Source: a virus
Strand: one strand, 5' to 3'
Length of the DNA stretch: 46,136 bases
Virus record (IMG/VR): IMGVR_UViG_3300029435_000010
Span: 1-46,136 of that record
Made by a program: the position numbers and the translations under genes
Shown here: piece after piece, positions 14,715 through 22,257 of the stretch
Numbering within the stretch: position 1 is the stretch's first letter
How the letters are laid out: every line of letters begins with the position of its first letter
The notes under the pieces: model-generated
Told to the model about the DNA's origin: nothing
The model's database searches: none
The model's input: the letters and a program-made list of their open reading frames with translations, nothing else

Positions 14715-15080
14715 CTAGTAGATCCCGCGCCACAAGCGATGACGCGTCTCTTCGTCCTTTGGGAAGTCGGGCGGCACTGTGATCATGAAGTCTTTCCTGC
14801 CACGATGGCTCGTGACCGTGAGCCGGATCCTGTACCAACTGTGTGCGTCCCACCATTTGATGGCCCTTTGGGCCCATGAATGACAAGCCTGAATGACCAG
14901 GATGCTCCATGCTCCAAAGGCGATTCCTTCGGCGAAGGTTTCCGCTTCCCACAAAAGGACAAAGTAGAAGATGATGTAGCCTACGACGGCTTGCCCGAGC
15001 GTGGTCTTCGGCCAGTTGATCGTGTGCCACAAAGCGGAGAGGTAGAGTCGAACGCTCTCGAGTGTTGACATGGCTTTCAT
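14715..15080 (-). CDS. Hypothetical membrane protein
   Basis: 121 aa with two or three hydrophobic segments (VVGYIIFYFVLLW, IAFGAWSILVIQA). Confidence 0.55.
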   Translation of the reverse strand: MKAMSTLESVRLYLSALWHTINWPKTTLGQAVVGYIIFYFVLLWEAETFAEGIAFGAWSILVIQACHSWAQRAIKWWDAHSWYRIRLTVTSHRGRKDFMITVPPDFPKDEETRHRLWRGIY

Positions 15081-15163
15081 CGCGCCGCCTCCCAGTCGCG
15101 CAGTGCGTTTGTGAGCATGTATGCAGAGAGCTTCACGCGGTCACGGGCGGCAGGGTTTGCGCT

Positions 15164-15340
15164 CTACCTCGCGGCGGAGAGCACTGTCGTGTACTTCCTC
15201 ACCGCGTCTGCGATGCTGGCTGTGTCCTTGTTGTCGAGGAGTCGCTTTGCGAGGCCGAGGAGGTTGGCGACCGATTGATCGCGGAAAGACCATCTGAGCT
15301 CGCGACGGATGTCCTGGACGACGATTTCTGTTTCTGTCAT
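15164..15340 (-). CDS. Hypothetical small protein
   Basis: The MTETEIVV start forms an ATGA overlap with the stop of 15337..15741. Confidence 0.5.
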   Translation of the reverse strand: MTETEIVVQDIRRELRWSFRDQSVANLLGLAKRLLDNKDTASIADAVRKYTTVLSAAR

Positions 15341-15741
15341 TCCTCGTCCTCCGGGTTGTCCCACGGGCGGAATCGGTGAACTACGACTTGTTTCGACAGG
15401 GAGTCACGCCACTCACGCCCATCAAACTTCGCAACGCGTCGAATCTTGTGCTGTATTGCATTTACGTCGGTCTCGCACCGCATCCATACGCCTTCCGGCG
15501 GCGTCACCTCCGGGTACTCGTTCCACTTGTGCGGGTCGTACTCGCGCACTTCTTCGAGCATGTCTTGAGTTGCTTGAAGAGAGAATTGGTATTTGTCGCC
15601 GAAATAAATGCGTGTAGTAATACTTTCTCTGAATAAATTTGGAATTGAACCACTTACGTCCGCCAGCCTCGACGAGAAGCTTCCGTCACTGATCTCATCG
15701 AGCTTCCGCTGAAGCTCATGGTCTTTTAGTCTGTATCTCAT
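15337..15741 (-). CDS. Hypothetical protein, N-terminal module shared with 15738..15965
   Basis: N-terminus MRYRLKDHELQRKLDEISDGSFSSRLA parallels the neighbouring gene. Confidence 0.6.
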   Translation of the reverse strand: MRYRLKDHELQRKLDEISDGSFSSRLADVSGSIPNLFRESITTRIYFGDKYQFSLQATQDMLEEVREYDPHKWNEYPEVTPPEGVWMRCETDVNAIQHKIRRVAKFDGREWRDSLSKQVVVHRFRPWDNPEDEE

Positions 15742-15965
15742 TGCTCCTCCTCAACCTTTTCGACCATGTCGGGCGTTATCACTAACGCATGGAACGGGCC
15801 TTCGCTTTTGCGGAACCAAAGGGTCATCTGCTTCAAAAAATTTAGCTCGGCGAAGATGCGCTTCTTGTTAGATGCAAGCTGTCGGGAGAAGTCTCCGTTG
15901 CTAAGCGCATCGAGCTTGCGTTGCAGCTCGCGGTCTTTCAGTCTGTATTTCATTCTGTATTTCAT
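15738..15965 (-). CDS. Hypothetical protein, N-terminal module shared with 15337..15741
   Basis: N-terminus MKYRMKYRLKDRELQRKLDALSNGDFSRQLA. A 12-nt tandem duplication ATGAAATACAGA lies at the start. Confidence 0.55.
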   Translation of the reverse strand: MKYRMKYRLKDRELQRKLDALSNGDFSRQLASNKKRIFAELNFLKQMTLWFRKSEGPFHALVITPDMVEKVEEEQ

Positions 15966-15974
15966 TCGTCCTCC

Positions 15975-16145
15975 TTACCAGATCACGACGGCCTTGCCGT
16001 AGGGGGTAATCCGAACTTCGACGCCCCCGGCATATTCTTCGCCCATCATGGGGTAGCCGCCGTCGTTGTACGTGTACGCGACTTCGATGTCGCCTTCCTT
16101 TTCCATAATCTCCTGAAGGAGTTCGATTAGTTCACTGATCGTCAT
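15975..16145 (-). CDS. Hypothetical small protein (56 aa, below the ORF-track cut-off)
   Basis: Hand translation MTISELIELLQEIMEKEGDIEVAYTYNDGGYPMMGEEYAGGVEVRITPYGKAVVIW. AGGAG/AAGGA lies upstream. Confidence 0.5.
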   Translation of the reverse strand: MTISELIELLQEIMEKEGDIEVAYTYNDGGYPMMGEEYAGGVEVRITPYGKAVVIW

Positions 16146-16148
16146 TCC

Positions 16149-16310
16149 TTAATCTCCTGTAGATCCATATCCGCTCGCACCGCGCGCGCTCTCGCTCAGC
16201 TCGTCAGCCCACTCGAGCTCGAGCTCGGGGAGCGGGATGATGTAGAGCTTCGCGACGCGATCGCCTACGTTGACGTTGAAGTGATCCGAGTCGCCACTTG
16301 GATTTCGGCA
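16149..16310 (-). pseudogene. dUTPase C-terminal remnant (no start codon; begins right after the stop of the upstream gene)
   Basis: Translation ...SGDSDHFNVNVGDRVAKLYIIPLPELELEWADELSESARGASGYGSTGD-stop parallels the C-terminus of the intact dut. An 18-nt identity, GCTCGTCAGCCCACTCGA, occurs at 16199 and 16600. Confidence 0.7.
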
Positions 16311-16553
16311 TTACATCTCCTTGAGTTCCTGTGCCGCCTCGAGCGCGCCATTGAGCGCGGCCAGGATGGCCTGCGCCTGCGACGGGCTGAGGTTGTCGAT
16401 GTAGAAGGTTCGAGCCCAGTTGTGCCACCAGACGACAAAGCTGACATTCCCGTTGGACAACGGCTTGAACGCGCAGGTGACATTGGAGCAGACGGCTAGC
16501 TTGCCCTTCTTGAGTTCGAGCTTTTTGTCGTGGATAGCTTTGGTCGGCGTCAT
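16311..16553 (-). CDS. Hypothetical protein
   Basis: 80-aa ORF lying between the intact dut and the dut remnant. Shares a 4-nt overlap with dut. Confidence 0.6.
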   Translation of the reverse strand: MTPTKAIHDKKLELKKGKLAVCSNVTCAFKPLSNGNVSFVVWWHNWARTFYIDNLSPSQAQAILAALNGALEAAQELKEM

Positions 16554-16975
16554 CGTCCAGTGCTCCCGTAACCGCCCGCGCCTCGGGCAGTCTCAGAAAG
16601 CTCGTCAGCCCACTCGAACTCAGTGTCAACGAGCTTTTCGATGCGCATCTGGGCAATGCGGTCGCCGTTATGAACGATGTACGGCCTGCCCGATGCATTC
16701 TTCACCGTGATGTAGACGGGCCCGCGGTAGTCGGCATCCACAAGCAAAGGCGTGATGATGAGGCCCTTGAGGGCAGTGCTGGAGCGGCTGTACACCACGC
16801 CAACGTATCCTTCAGGGATTTCAAAGGCGAGGCCCGTCTGAATGCGAACGGTCTGCTCTTCGAAGATCGGCGCATCGAACTCTTCGGCGGCGTACAGGTC
16901 AAACCCCGCAGCGTACTTCGTGCCGCGCTTGGGCATCTTCGCGTCCGGGTGCAGACGCTTGATCTTGATGTTCAT
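16550..16975 (-). CDS. dut: dUTP pyrophosphatase (trimeric dUTPase)
   Basis: Motifs AAGFDLYA, VVYSRSS, DADYRGP, GDRIAQ and RGAGGYGSTG. Confidence 0.9.
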   Translation of the reverse strand: MNIKIKRLHPDAKMPKRGTKYAAGFDLYAAEEFDAPIFEEQTVRIQTGLAFEIPEGYVGVVYSRSSTALKGLIITPLLVDADYRGPVYITVKNASGRPYIVHNGDRIAQMRIEKLVDTEFEWADELSETARGAGGYGSTGR

Positions 16976-17027
16976 GCTGTTGCTCCTTGTGTGGCCATTG
17001 CGGCCGTGATGAGTGAGAGGGGAGTCC

Positions 17028-17303
17028 TCATAGCAGCGCTCCTTCAGGCACGGGGTCGGCTTCTCGGGCGGCTGTGATCTCGAGGCGGTAGATGTCGAGC
17101 ACCTTCGCGGAAAAATGAAAACCGGGCCAATTGAGTTCGTGCCCGGTTTCGTTGAATCGCCTGACGACCTTGCTCAGCTGTTGCGCCGTCATGCTGAAAG
17201 CGAGCTGAGTGTCGTCGATGATGAAGTGCCGTTCGCCGCGTTGCATGCGCGGCCAGAGGTAGCGCAGAAGCAGTTTTGCGGGGTTCGTTTTTGTGGTTTT
17301 CAT
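17028..17303 (-). CDS. Hypothetical protein
   Basis: 91-aa ORF in the early-left operon. Confidence 0.55.
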   Translation of the reverse strand: MKTTKTNPAKLLLRYLWPRMQRGERHFIIDDTQLAFSMTAQQLSKVVRRFNETGHELNWPGFHFSAKVLDIYRLEITAAREADPVPEGALL

Positions 17304-17324
17304 TGCTACCTCCGTGAGTAGGTT

Positions 17325-17807
17325 CTAGCGAATCTGGACGCTTTCGCGTTCTTCGATGTGGCAGCCGGGGACTTCGACGCCGTCGAGCAGAGCCTGCTTG
17401 ATGGCGACCTTGTTCGGGCTTACGGTCGTCTTGACGGTCGTGTAGGCCTCGGGGAGGTCGGCACCTTCGGCGATCTCTACGGCCTTCGTCGTGCGGATGC
17501 TCACAGTCACGCGGACAGTCTTGACCTTGCCGGTCGCGTGTAGCGCATCGAGGAGCATGGCCTTGAGGTAGTCGGAGCGCTTCTGCATTGACTTGACGCG
17601 GGCGAGCATGCGGTCGGCCTCTTCCTTGGCGGCCTTGGCCTCGGCATCGAGCTCGCGAAGGTAGAGCGCCGTGGCCTCGATCTTCTCGGCGGCCTCGGCT
17701 TCGACGGCGTGGAGCGCGTCGGCCTGAAGGATTTCGCCAGTCTCTTCATCGACGACGATGTCATCCAGCGCAAAGCGCAGCGCCGGTGCGATTTCGTAGA
17801 GTTTCAT
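17325..17807 (-). CDS. Gp157-like coiled-coil protein (siphovirus Gp157 family, tentative)
   Basis: 160 aa. N-terminus MKLYEI..., central acidic coiled-coil and length fit the family. Not verified by search. Confidence 0.45.
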   Translation of the reverse strand: MKLYEIAPALRFALDDIVVDEETGEILQADALHAVEAEAAEKIEATALYLRELDAEAKAAKEEADRMLARVKSMQKRSDYLKAMLLDALHATGKVKTVRVTVSIRTTKAVEIAEGADLPEAYTTVKTTVSPNKVAIKQALLDGVEVPGCHIEERESVQIR

Positions 17808-17821
17808 TTTGCGTACCTATG

Positions 17822-17848
17822 AAAAAGCCCTGCCGGTTAGGGCAGGGC
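17822..17848 (-). terminator. Rho-independent terminator
   Basis: On the minus strand, GCCCTGCC pairs with GGCAGGGC and is followed by TTTTTC. Confidence 0.65.
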
Positions 17849-17873
17849 CGATTGAGAAAATTGGGTGTGGCTG

Positions 17874-18710
17874 TTACTGAGCAGTCAGGGCGCGGTAGCA
17901 GGACAGTTGCCTCACGCTGTAGCCGTTACGCTCGAGCATGTCCTCGATGGAACCGAGGTTCATGCTCGTTACGGCTTCGTAGAAGCGAGGCGCAAAAGGC
18001 GACTGGAGGAGACGCATCAGCTTGAGAACGGTCTCGAGGTCTTCGCGGAAGAGGTACCTCCAGTAGTAGACGAAAGTCCGCAGGTTCTCGGCCTCATGCG
18101 CGGAGAGAACGATCGACCCCGCGGGAATGGGGTGCAGGCCACAGTGGGGGCAGCCGCCGTCGGGGCGCGTGGCGTGCGGCACCTCGGGAACGTCGAGCTC
18201 CACCTCTTTGATGAAATCGAGGCAGTCTTCGAGTTGGGTGCGAGGCAGTTGGTCGTATCGTGCGATCTGGTAGCGTGCCTTGATGGCGCGGTAGATCGTC
18301 CGATAGTTCGATGCGGTCTTATGCGCACGGATGGCGACTTCGCGCTGAATGGCGCGCTGCTCGGCGGGCGTGATTGTTTCCTGTGCTTCGTAGCGTCCAG
18401 TCTTGCGAATAGCAGGAAGAACTTCGGACGTGACCCAGCGCTTGAAGCGCTTTGCGGATTCGAGCTTGGAGCCGAAGATCAGAGCGTAGAGGCCGGACTC
18501 GTTGACGCAGTTGACGACCTGGCGACCGCCAGCGGTTTCGATCTCGGACTTGATGAGGTCTTCGGGGTCGACGTGCTGTTTGATCGCGTTTGTCTTGTCT
18601 TTGTATCCGAGAGCACCAGCGGCATCAACGGCGACAAAGAGCGGGAGGTCAGGCGTGCCGAGCGCACGGACTTGAGCGTTCTCGAATGAGAAAACGGAAG
18701 GGATAGACAT
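17874..18710 (-). CDS. BRO-N domain antirepressor-like protein
   Basis: Start is MSIPSVFSFENAQVRALGT at 18710. Motifs FVAVDAAGALGYKD, ESGLYALIFGSKLESAKRFKRWVTSEVLPAIRKTGRY. Confidence 0.8.
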   Translation of the reverse strand: MSIPSVFSFENAQVRALGTPDLPLFVAVDAAGALGYKDKTNAIKQHVDPEDLIKSEIETAGGRQVVNCVNESGLYALIFGSKLESAKRFKRWVTSEVLPAIRKTGRYEAQETITPAEQRAIQREVAIRAHKTASNYRTIYRAIKARYQIARYDQLPRTQLEDCLDFIKEVELDVPEVPHATRPDGGCPHCGLHPIPAGSIVLSAHEAENLRTFVYYWRYLFREDLETVLKLMRLLQSPFAPRFYEAVTSMNLGSIEDMLERNGYSVRQLSCYRALTAQ

Positions 18711-18854
18711 AGCTTGTCTCCATTCTGAGGTTGTTGACCTCGTTCCATCCGCCAAGATGGAGGGCGAGGGCTTGCGGGTTGGCGGACCGGCAGAATGGAC
18801 CCGGCGCACCTTTCGGTGCCCCGCAAGCCCTACCCATAAAAAGGAGACTTGCAG

Positions 18855-18883
18855 GGGGGTGGTGAAACGCCACCCCCTTTTTT
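18855..18883 (+). terminator. Plus-strand terminator opposing the antirepressor leader
   Basis: GGGGGTGG pairs with CCACCCCC and is followed by TTTTTT. No plus-strand CDS ends here. Confidence 0.55.
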
Positions 18884-18923
18884 GGGTGAGGTGGTGAAAC
18901 GCAACCCCGTCACGCATAGCCAA

Positions 18924-18956
18924 CAAAAAAGCCGCTCGATGAACGGTCGGCGGCTA
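18924..18956 (-). terminator. Terminator-like hairpin after 19048..19425
   Basis: On the minus strand, an AGCCGCCGA...TCGAGCGGCT stem is followed by TTTTTTG. Confidence 0.5.
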
Positions 18957-19047
18957 TGCGCCACTCTGTTCGGGCCGCCAAGCCCGCGTCGCACCATTGC
19001 GGTGTCGACACAGGAAGCATACCCGAAACAGAGGCGCGTTGTCAAAG

Positions 19048-19425
19048 CTAGTCCTTCCTTGTCCTTAATACATGCATTTCTTTCACGACCGCCCATCCTT
19101 TGTACTGCCGTTTTTTGATGTCGTTCAGTTCGAACTTTGTGCCGTCTGGAAGGTGCGGCTTGCAGTAGAAGATCTTGTCTCCCCTGGTGTGATCGAAGAC
19201 CTTCACCCACTTTCCGTAGCATTCGTGATACGTAATTGAGTGATACCGGCTTGTGTCGCCTTCAAAGTAGCACCATCCTTTCCCTTCCGGATCGCCCTCG
19301 GTGCAGCAGTAGGCGCGAGGCAGAATCGCGTAGATACATCTGTTGTCGATATGTGTCATGAGACAGACGCAGACGGGGTCGTGCATATCTCCGACCTTTT
19401 CGCCTTTCCATTCAATCCAATTCAT
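19048..19425 (-). CDS. Hypothetical Cys/His-rich protein (moron candidate)
   Basis: Start MNWIEWKGEK at 19425 follows AAGGA. 125 aa with many Cys/His (CVCLMTH, YCC, CYFEG, HECYGKW, YCKPH). Terminators lie on both sides. Confidence 0.55.
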   Translation of the reverse strand: MNWIEWKGEKVGDMHDPVCVCLMTHIDNRCIYAILPRAYCCTEGDPEGKGWCYFEGDTSRYHSITYHECYGKWVKVFDHTRGDKIFYCKPHLPDGTKFELNDIKKRQYKGWAVVKEMHVLRTRKD

Positions 19426-19437
19426 TGCTGATCCTTG

Positions 19438-19468
19438 AAAAAAAAGCCCCCGGCAGTGCCGAGGGCTT
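19438..19468 (-). terminator. Terminator hairpin (GCCCCCGG...CCGAGGGC family)
   Basis: On the minus strand, a GCCCTCGGCACTGCCGGGGGC stem is followed by TTTTTTTT. Confidence 0.7.
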
Positions 19469-19522
19469 GAGTTATTCGAAAAAATCGAATGACTGATCAA
19501 TTTGACAGCGTTGTCAAGATGG

Positions 19523-19933
19523 TCAGAAGGGTACGTCGGAGTCGTATGTCGACTCGGGAGCGCGTCGCTGTGCAGCAGGCTTGGCCTGCGCCGGATTCTC
19601 GTCGTTGTCCTTCTTTGAACGCAGGAGCTGGATCTGCTCAGCGATGATCTCCGTCACGTAGCGTTCTGCGCCGTCTTTCTCGTACTTGCGCGTGCGCAGA
19701 CGACCTTCGACATAGAGCGGGTCGCCCTTTGCCGTGTAGTCGCGTATGATCTCCGCTAGTCGACCGAATGCGCAGATGCGGTGCCACTCGGTCTCCTGCT
19801 GGACGTTGCCGTCCTTGTCGCGCCACTTGCGTGACGTGCCGAGGGAGAGATTCGCGATGACGTGATCGCCTACGCGGATCTGGGGATCGTTGCCGAGATT
19901 CCCGATGAGGATGATCTTATTCACTGATGCCAT
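19523..19933 (-). CDS. ssb: Single-stranded DNA-binding protein
   Basis: N-terminus MASVNKIILIGNLGNDP, OB-fold motifs, and an acidic C-terminal tip DSDVPF. Confidence 0.9.
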   Translation of the reverse strand: MASVNKIILIGNLGNDPQIRVGDHVIANLSLGTSRKWRDKDGNVQQETEWHRICAFGRLAEIIRDYTAKGDPLYVEGRLRTRKYEKDGAERYVTEIIAEQIQLLRSKKDNDENPAQAKPAAQRRAPESTYDSDVPF

Positions 19934-20840
19934 TGTTAGCTTCCTCCTGTGTAGCCTGTTCGGTCATTGCTTGTTCAAGTTCGTGACGACGAGCTCTGAA
20001 TGCTTGCGCGATCTTTTCGCGGTCTTCGTAGCAGAGACCCTTGGAGGCAATCTCCTTACCCATTGCCATTAGCTCGTCGGGTGTTTCGGCGCTGATTGTG
20101 CGGGACATAAGGTCGGCGAATTCGTCTGGCGTGACGCCAGCGCTATCGAGCCACTTCTTGATCTCTGCGCCGACCTCCGGTGTGAGAATTAGCGGATCAG
20201 TGCGAGAGGAGAAAAGTCCGGTACGGTCTTTCGACGCGTTCGCAAAGTGCCCGTCGTGGACGAGATCAAACATGATCGTGAACTCATAATCGACTCCGTC
20301 GCGCTGCTCGACCTTCATGCCGAGCTTCTTGATGACCTTCTTACCGTTGACGTCCTCTTGCGCCATCTCTGTCTTACTCCGCATCGTCGCGATGATGTGG
20401 AGTTTACTGGTGAGCATTGCGTCGACAAACTGTCGATGGCGAGGTGTCATCTCGTTCCAGGCAGACCACGAGTTCCCGCGATAGCGTGCCTTCGCAATGC
20501 GTTCGACTTCCTCAAGACAGCCGCCCTTGCCGTTCCATTCATGCGTCATCGAGTCGATGATGAGAATGTCGTAGCCTGCGTCCTCGGCCGCCTTGATGGC
20601 TTCCGTGTATCGCTCTGGTGTGAAGGGCGCGTCCAGATCGAGAACGTCGAACTCAGGCATGCCGGACATGTCAGCGTAGAGAGATGCTGAACCGCGCTCC
20701 GTGTCGATGACGGCGATCTTGCCGCCGATCCCCTTGGCGAGCAGAAGAGCGCCGTAGGTTTTGCCGGAGCCAGATGTTCCTGACAGAGCGAGGCGAAGTT
20801 TTGAGGCGCTGCGAACGGCCTTTTTGAAAGTGAATGTCAT
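19917..20840 (-). CDS. RecA-fold ATPase, Sak4-like (AAA_24 type) recombination protein
   Basis: Walker A GTSGSGKT and Walker B ILIIDS. The position next to ssb is typical of Sak4-type annealases. Confidence 0.65.
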   Translation of the reverse strand: MTFTFKKAVRSASKLRLALSGTSGSGKTYGALLLAKGIGGKIAVIDTERGSASLYADMSGMPEFDVLDLDAPFTPERYTEAIKAAEDAGYDILIIDSMTHEWNGKGGCLEEVERIAKARYRGNSWSAWNEMTPRHRQFVDAMLTSKLHIIATMRSKTEMAQEDVNGKKVIKKLGMKVEQRDGVDYEFTIMFDLVHDGHFANASKDRTGLFSSRTDPLILTPEVGAEIKKWLDSAGVTPDEFADLMSRTISAETPDELMAMGKEIASKGLCYEDREKIAQAFRARRHELEQAMTEQATQEEANNGISE

Positions 20841-20852
20841 GATGTGTCGTCC

Positions 20853-21071
20853 TCAGAAAGGTATTTCGTCGTCGTTGATCGCGTAGAAGTCTTCGAGAGT
20901 CTTGTCGTAGATCGGCTCGGGACGCTTTGCACGTTCGCCGAACCACTGGGCGCGCTCGAAGTGGTCGCGGTTGTCGTACTCGGGATACGGGTCGAAGTCG
21001 TCCTTGTCCTCGTCCTCTGGCTCGGGCATCGGAAGCTCGAGCGGCTCAAGCGCTGTTGTGGTGATCGTCAT
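20853..21071 (-). CDS. Small acidic protein with SSB-like C-terminal tip (DDEIPF)
   Basis: ATG 21071 is preceded by AAGGAG. 72 aa with the acidic tract EPEDEDKDDFDPYPEYD. Ends in INDDEIPF. Confidence 0.6.
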   Translation of the reverse strand: MTITTTALEPLELPMPEPEDEDKDDFDPYPEYDNRDHFERAQWFGERAKRPEPIYDKTLEDFYAINDDEIPF

Positions 21072-21073
21072 GC

Positions 21074-21403
21074 TTACTCCTTTGGGCATTCAAAGCCGGC
21101 TTCGGGATGGAGAAGGCAGTCGACGCGATACAAAATCATTTCTGTCGCCTCGAAGAGCGCAACTTCGAGCTCGTCGTTGATGGCGTCGATGATCTTGGTG
21201 ACCTCTCTTGCCGAGCTTGCGTCCTTAAGGCTCGTGATCGCTGCAATGAGATCGGTAGAGGAATTGGGATTTGCGAGATACGCAACAAGCACTTCTTCTT
21301 GCCAGTTTGTGACATAGCTCTCGCAGAGCTCGTCGATGTCGGCGTTCGGCGTCTGCTCCGCCTGGTGCGCGATGCCGCGCGCGATGTCAGTCAAAGTCTT
21401 CAT
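21074..21403 (-). CDS. Hypothetical protein
   Basis: 109-aa ORF tightly packed with its neighbours. Confidence 0.55.
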   Translation of the reverse strand: MKTLTDIARGIAHQAEQTPNADIDELCESYVTNWQEEVLVAYLANPNSSTDLIAAITSLKDASSAREVTKIIDAINDELEVALFEATEMILYRVDCLLHPEAGFECPKE

Positions 21404-21633
21404 TCGTTACTCCATGATCCAGTGATGAGCGCTCCGGCGACGATTGCCAGTGCGCCGAAGAAGGCGATGAGCGTCCAGACGCGTCCAGGGCGCTCGCATG
21501 AAAAAGGCTCGACGTTCTGCCGAGCCTGCTTTGCTGCGCGCCGCTGCTCGAGCGGTCGCTTTCGAGTAATTCGTTTCATGTCGAAGTCCCTTGGAATGTG
21601 GTCAATGATGTGGGCCGGGTCGGAGAAGCTCAT
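21400..21633 (-). CDS. Hypothetical membrane protein
   Basis: 77 aa with a C-terminal TM segment WTLIAFFGALAIVAGALITG. Shares 4-nt overlaps with both neighbours. Confidence 0.5.
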   Translation of the reverse strand: MSFSDPAHIIDHIPRDFDMKRITRKRPLEQRRAAKQARQNVEPFSCERPGRVWTLIAFFGALAIVAGALITGSWSNE

Positions 21634-21881
21634 GCTGCTTCCTCCTCCTCGCGCTCCTGCCAGAGCACGCGAAGCTCCTCGAGGCAGTCCTCCATGATGT
21701 CCTTGTCGAGCCCCGCGTCGTTGGCTGCTTCGGTGAACTCTTCGATTGTGACGAGCTCGCCTCCGGCTGTAAGCGTGTCGAGATCGAGCACGTACCCGTC
21801 GACAAGGATCGGCTGTTCGTCCGGATACTCGTCGTACACTGACGGGACGCCGCCCATGCCGAAGTAAAAACCGTTGCTCAT
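21630..21881 (-). CDS. Hypothetical acidic protein
   Basis: The MSNGFYFG start at 21881 forms an ATGA overlap with the stop of the upstream gene. Confidence 0.5.
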   Translation of the reverse strand: MSNGFYFGMGGVPSVYDEYPDEQPILVDGYVLDLDTLTAGGELVTIEEFTEAANDAGLDKDIMEDCLEELRVLWQEREEEEAA

Positions 21882-22036
21882 GCGAAGTACCTCAATGCGA
21901 TGACCGTGAGACCGATTGCGACGATGCCGCCGATCGTAAAAAGGCGATGGCCGAACGCGATGGTGTCTTCGGACGTAGGCTCGTACTGGACGAGCTCGTC
22001 GGCGCTGCGCCCGGTGAAGAAATCGAGAAGAGACAT
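21878..22036 (-). CDS. Hypothetical small membrane protein
   Basis: ATG 22036 is preceded by GGAGAGGAAG. TM segment LFTIGGIVAIGLTVIAL. Confidence 0.45.
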   Translation of the reverse strand: MSLLDFFTGRSADELVQYEPTSEDTIAFGHRLFTIGGIVAIGLTVIALRYFA

Positions 22037-22257
22037 AACTTCCTCTCCGTGTGGAATGAGAAAAGGCATTCAGATGCCGCCGAATGAGAACGCCACGTGA
22101 TGTGGCCGGCGGCACGTGAATGCCTTCTGTTGAAAGGGTCGAGGGAGCCGGGGTGAACGCAAGAGCCTCTCGTCTGCAGATGCCCCGGCTTTGGGATCTG
22201 GCCTAGTGAGCCGCCAGATCGGCACATATCTGCGTCATGCCGTTGCCCTCGAAGTCG

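Noticed and set aside
16204-16698. 164-aa minus-strand ORF spanning the dut 3' end, ORF 16311..16553 and the dut remnant.
   Set aside because: It is off-frame relative to three better-supported reading frames, and its composition is Arg/Ala/Ser-rich.
17865-18689. 274-aa plus-strand ORF.
   Set aside because: It is antisense to the well-supported BRO-N antirepressor gene and has no RBS or recognisable motifs.
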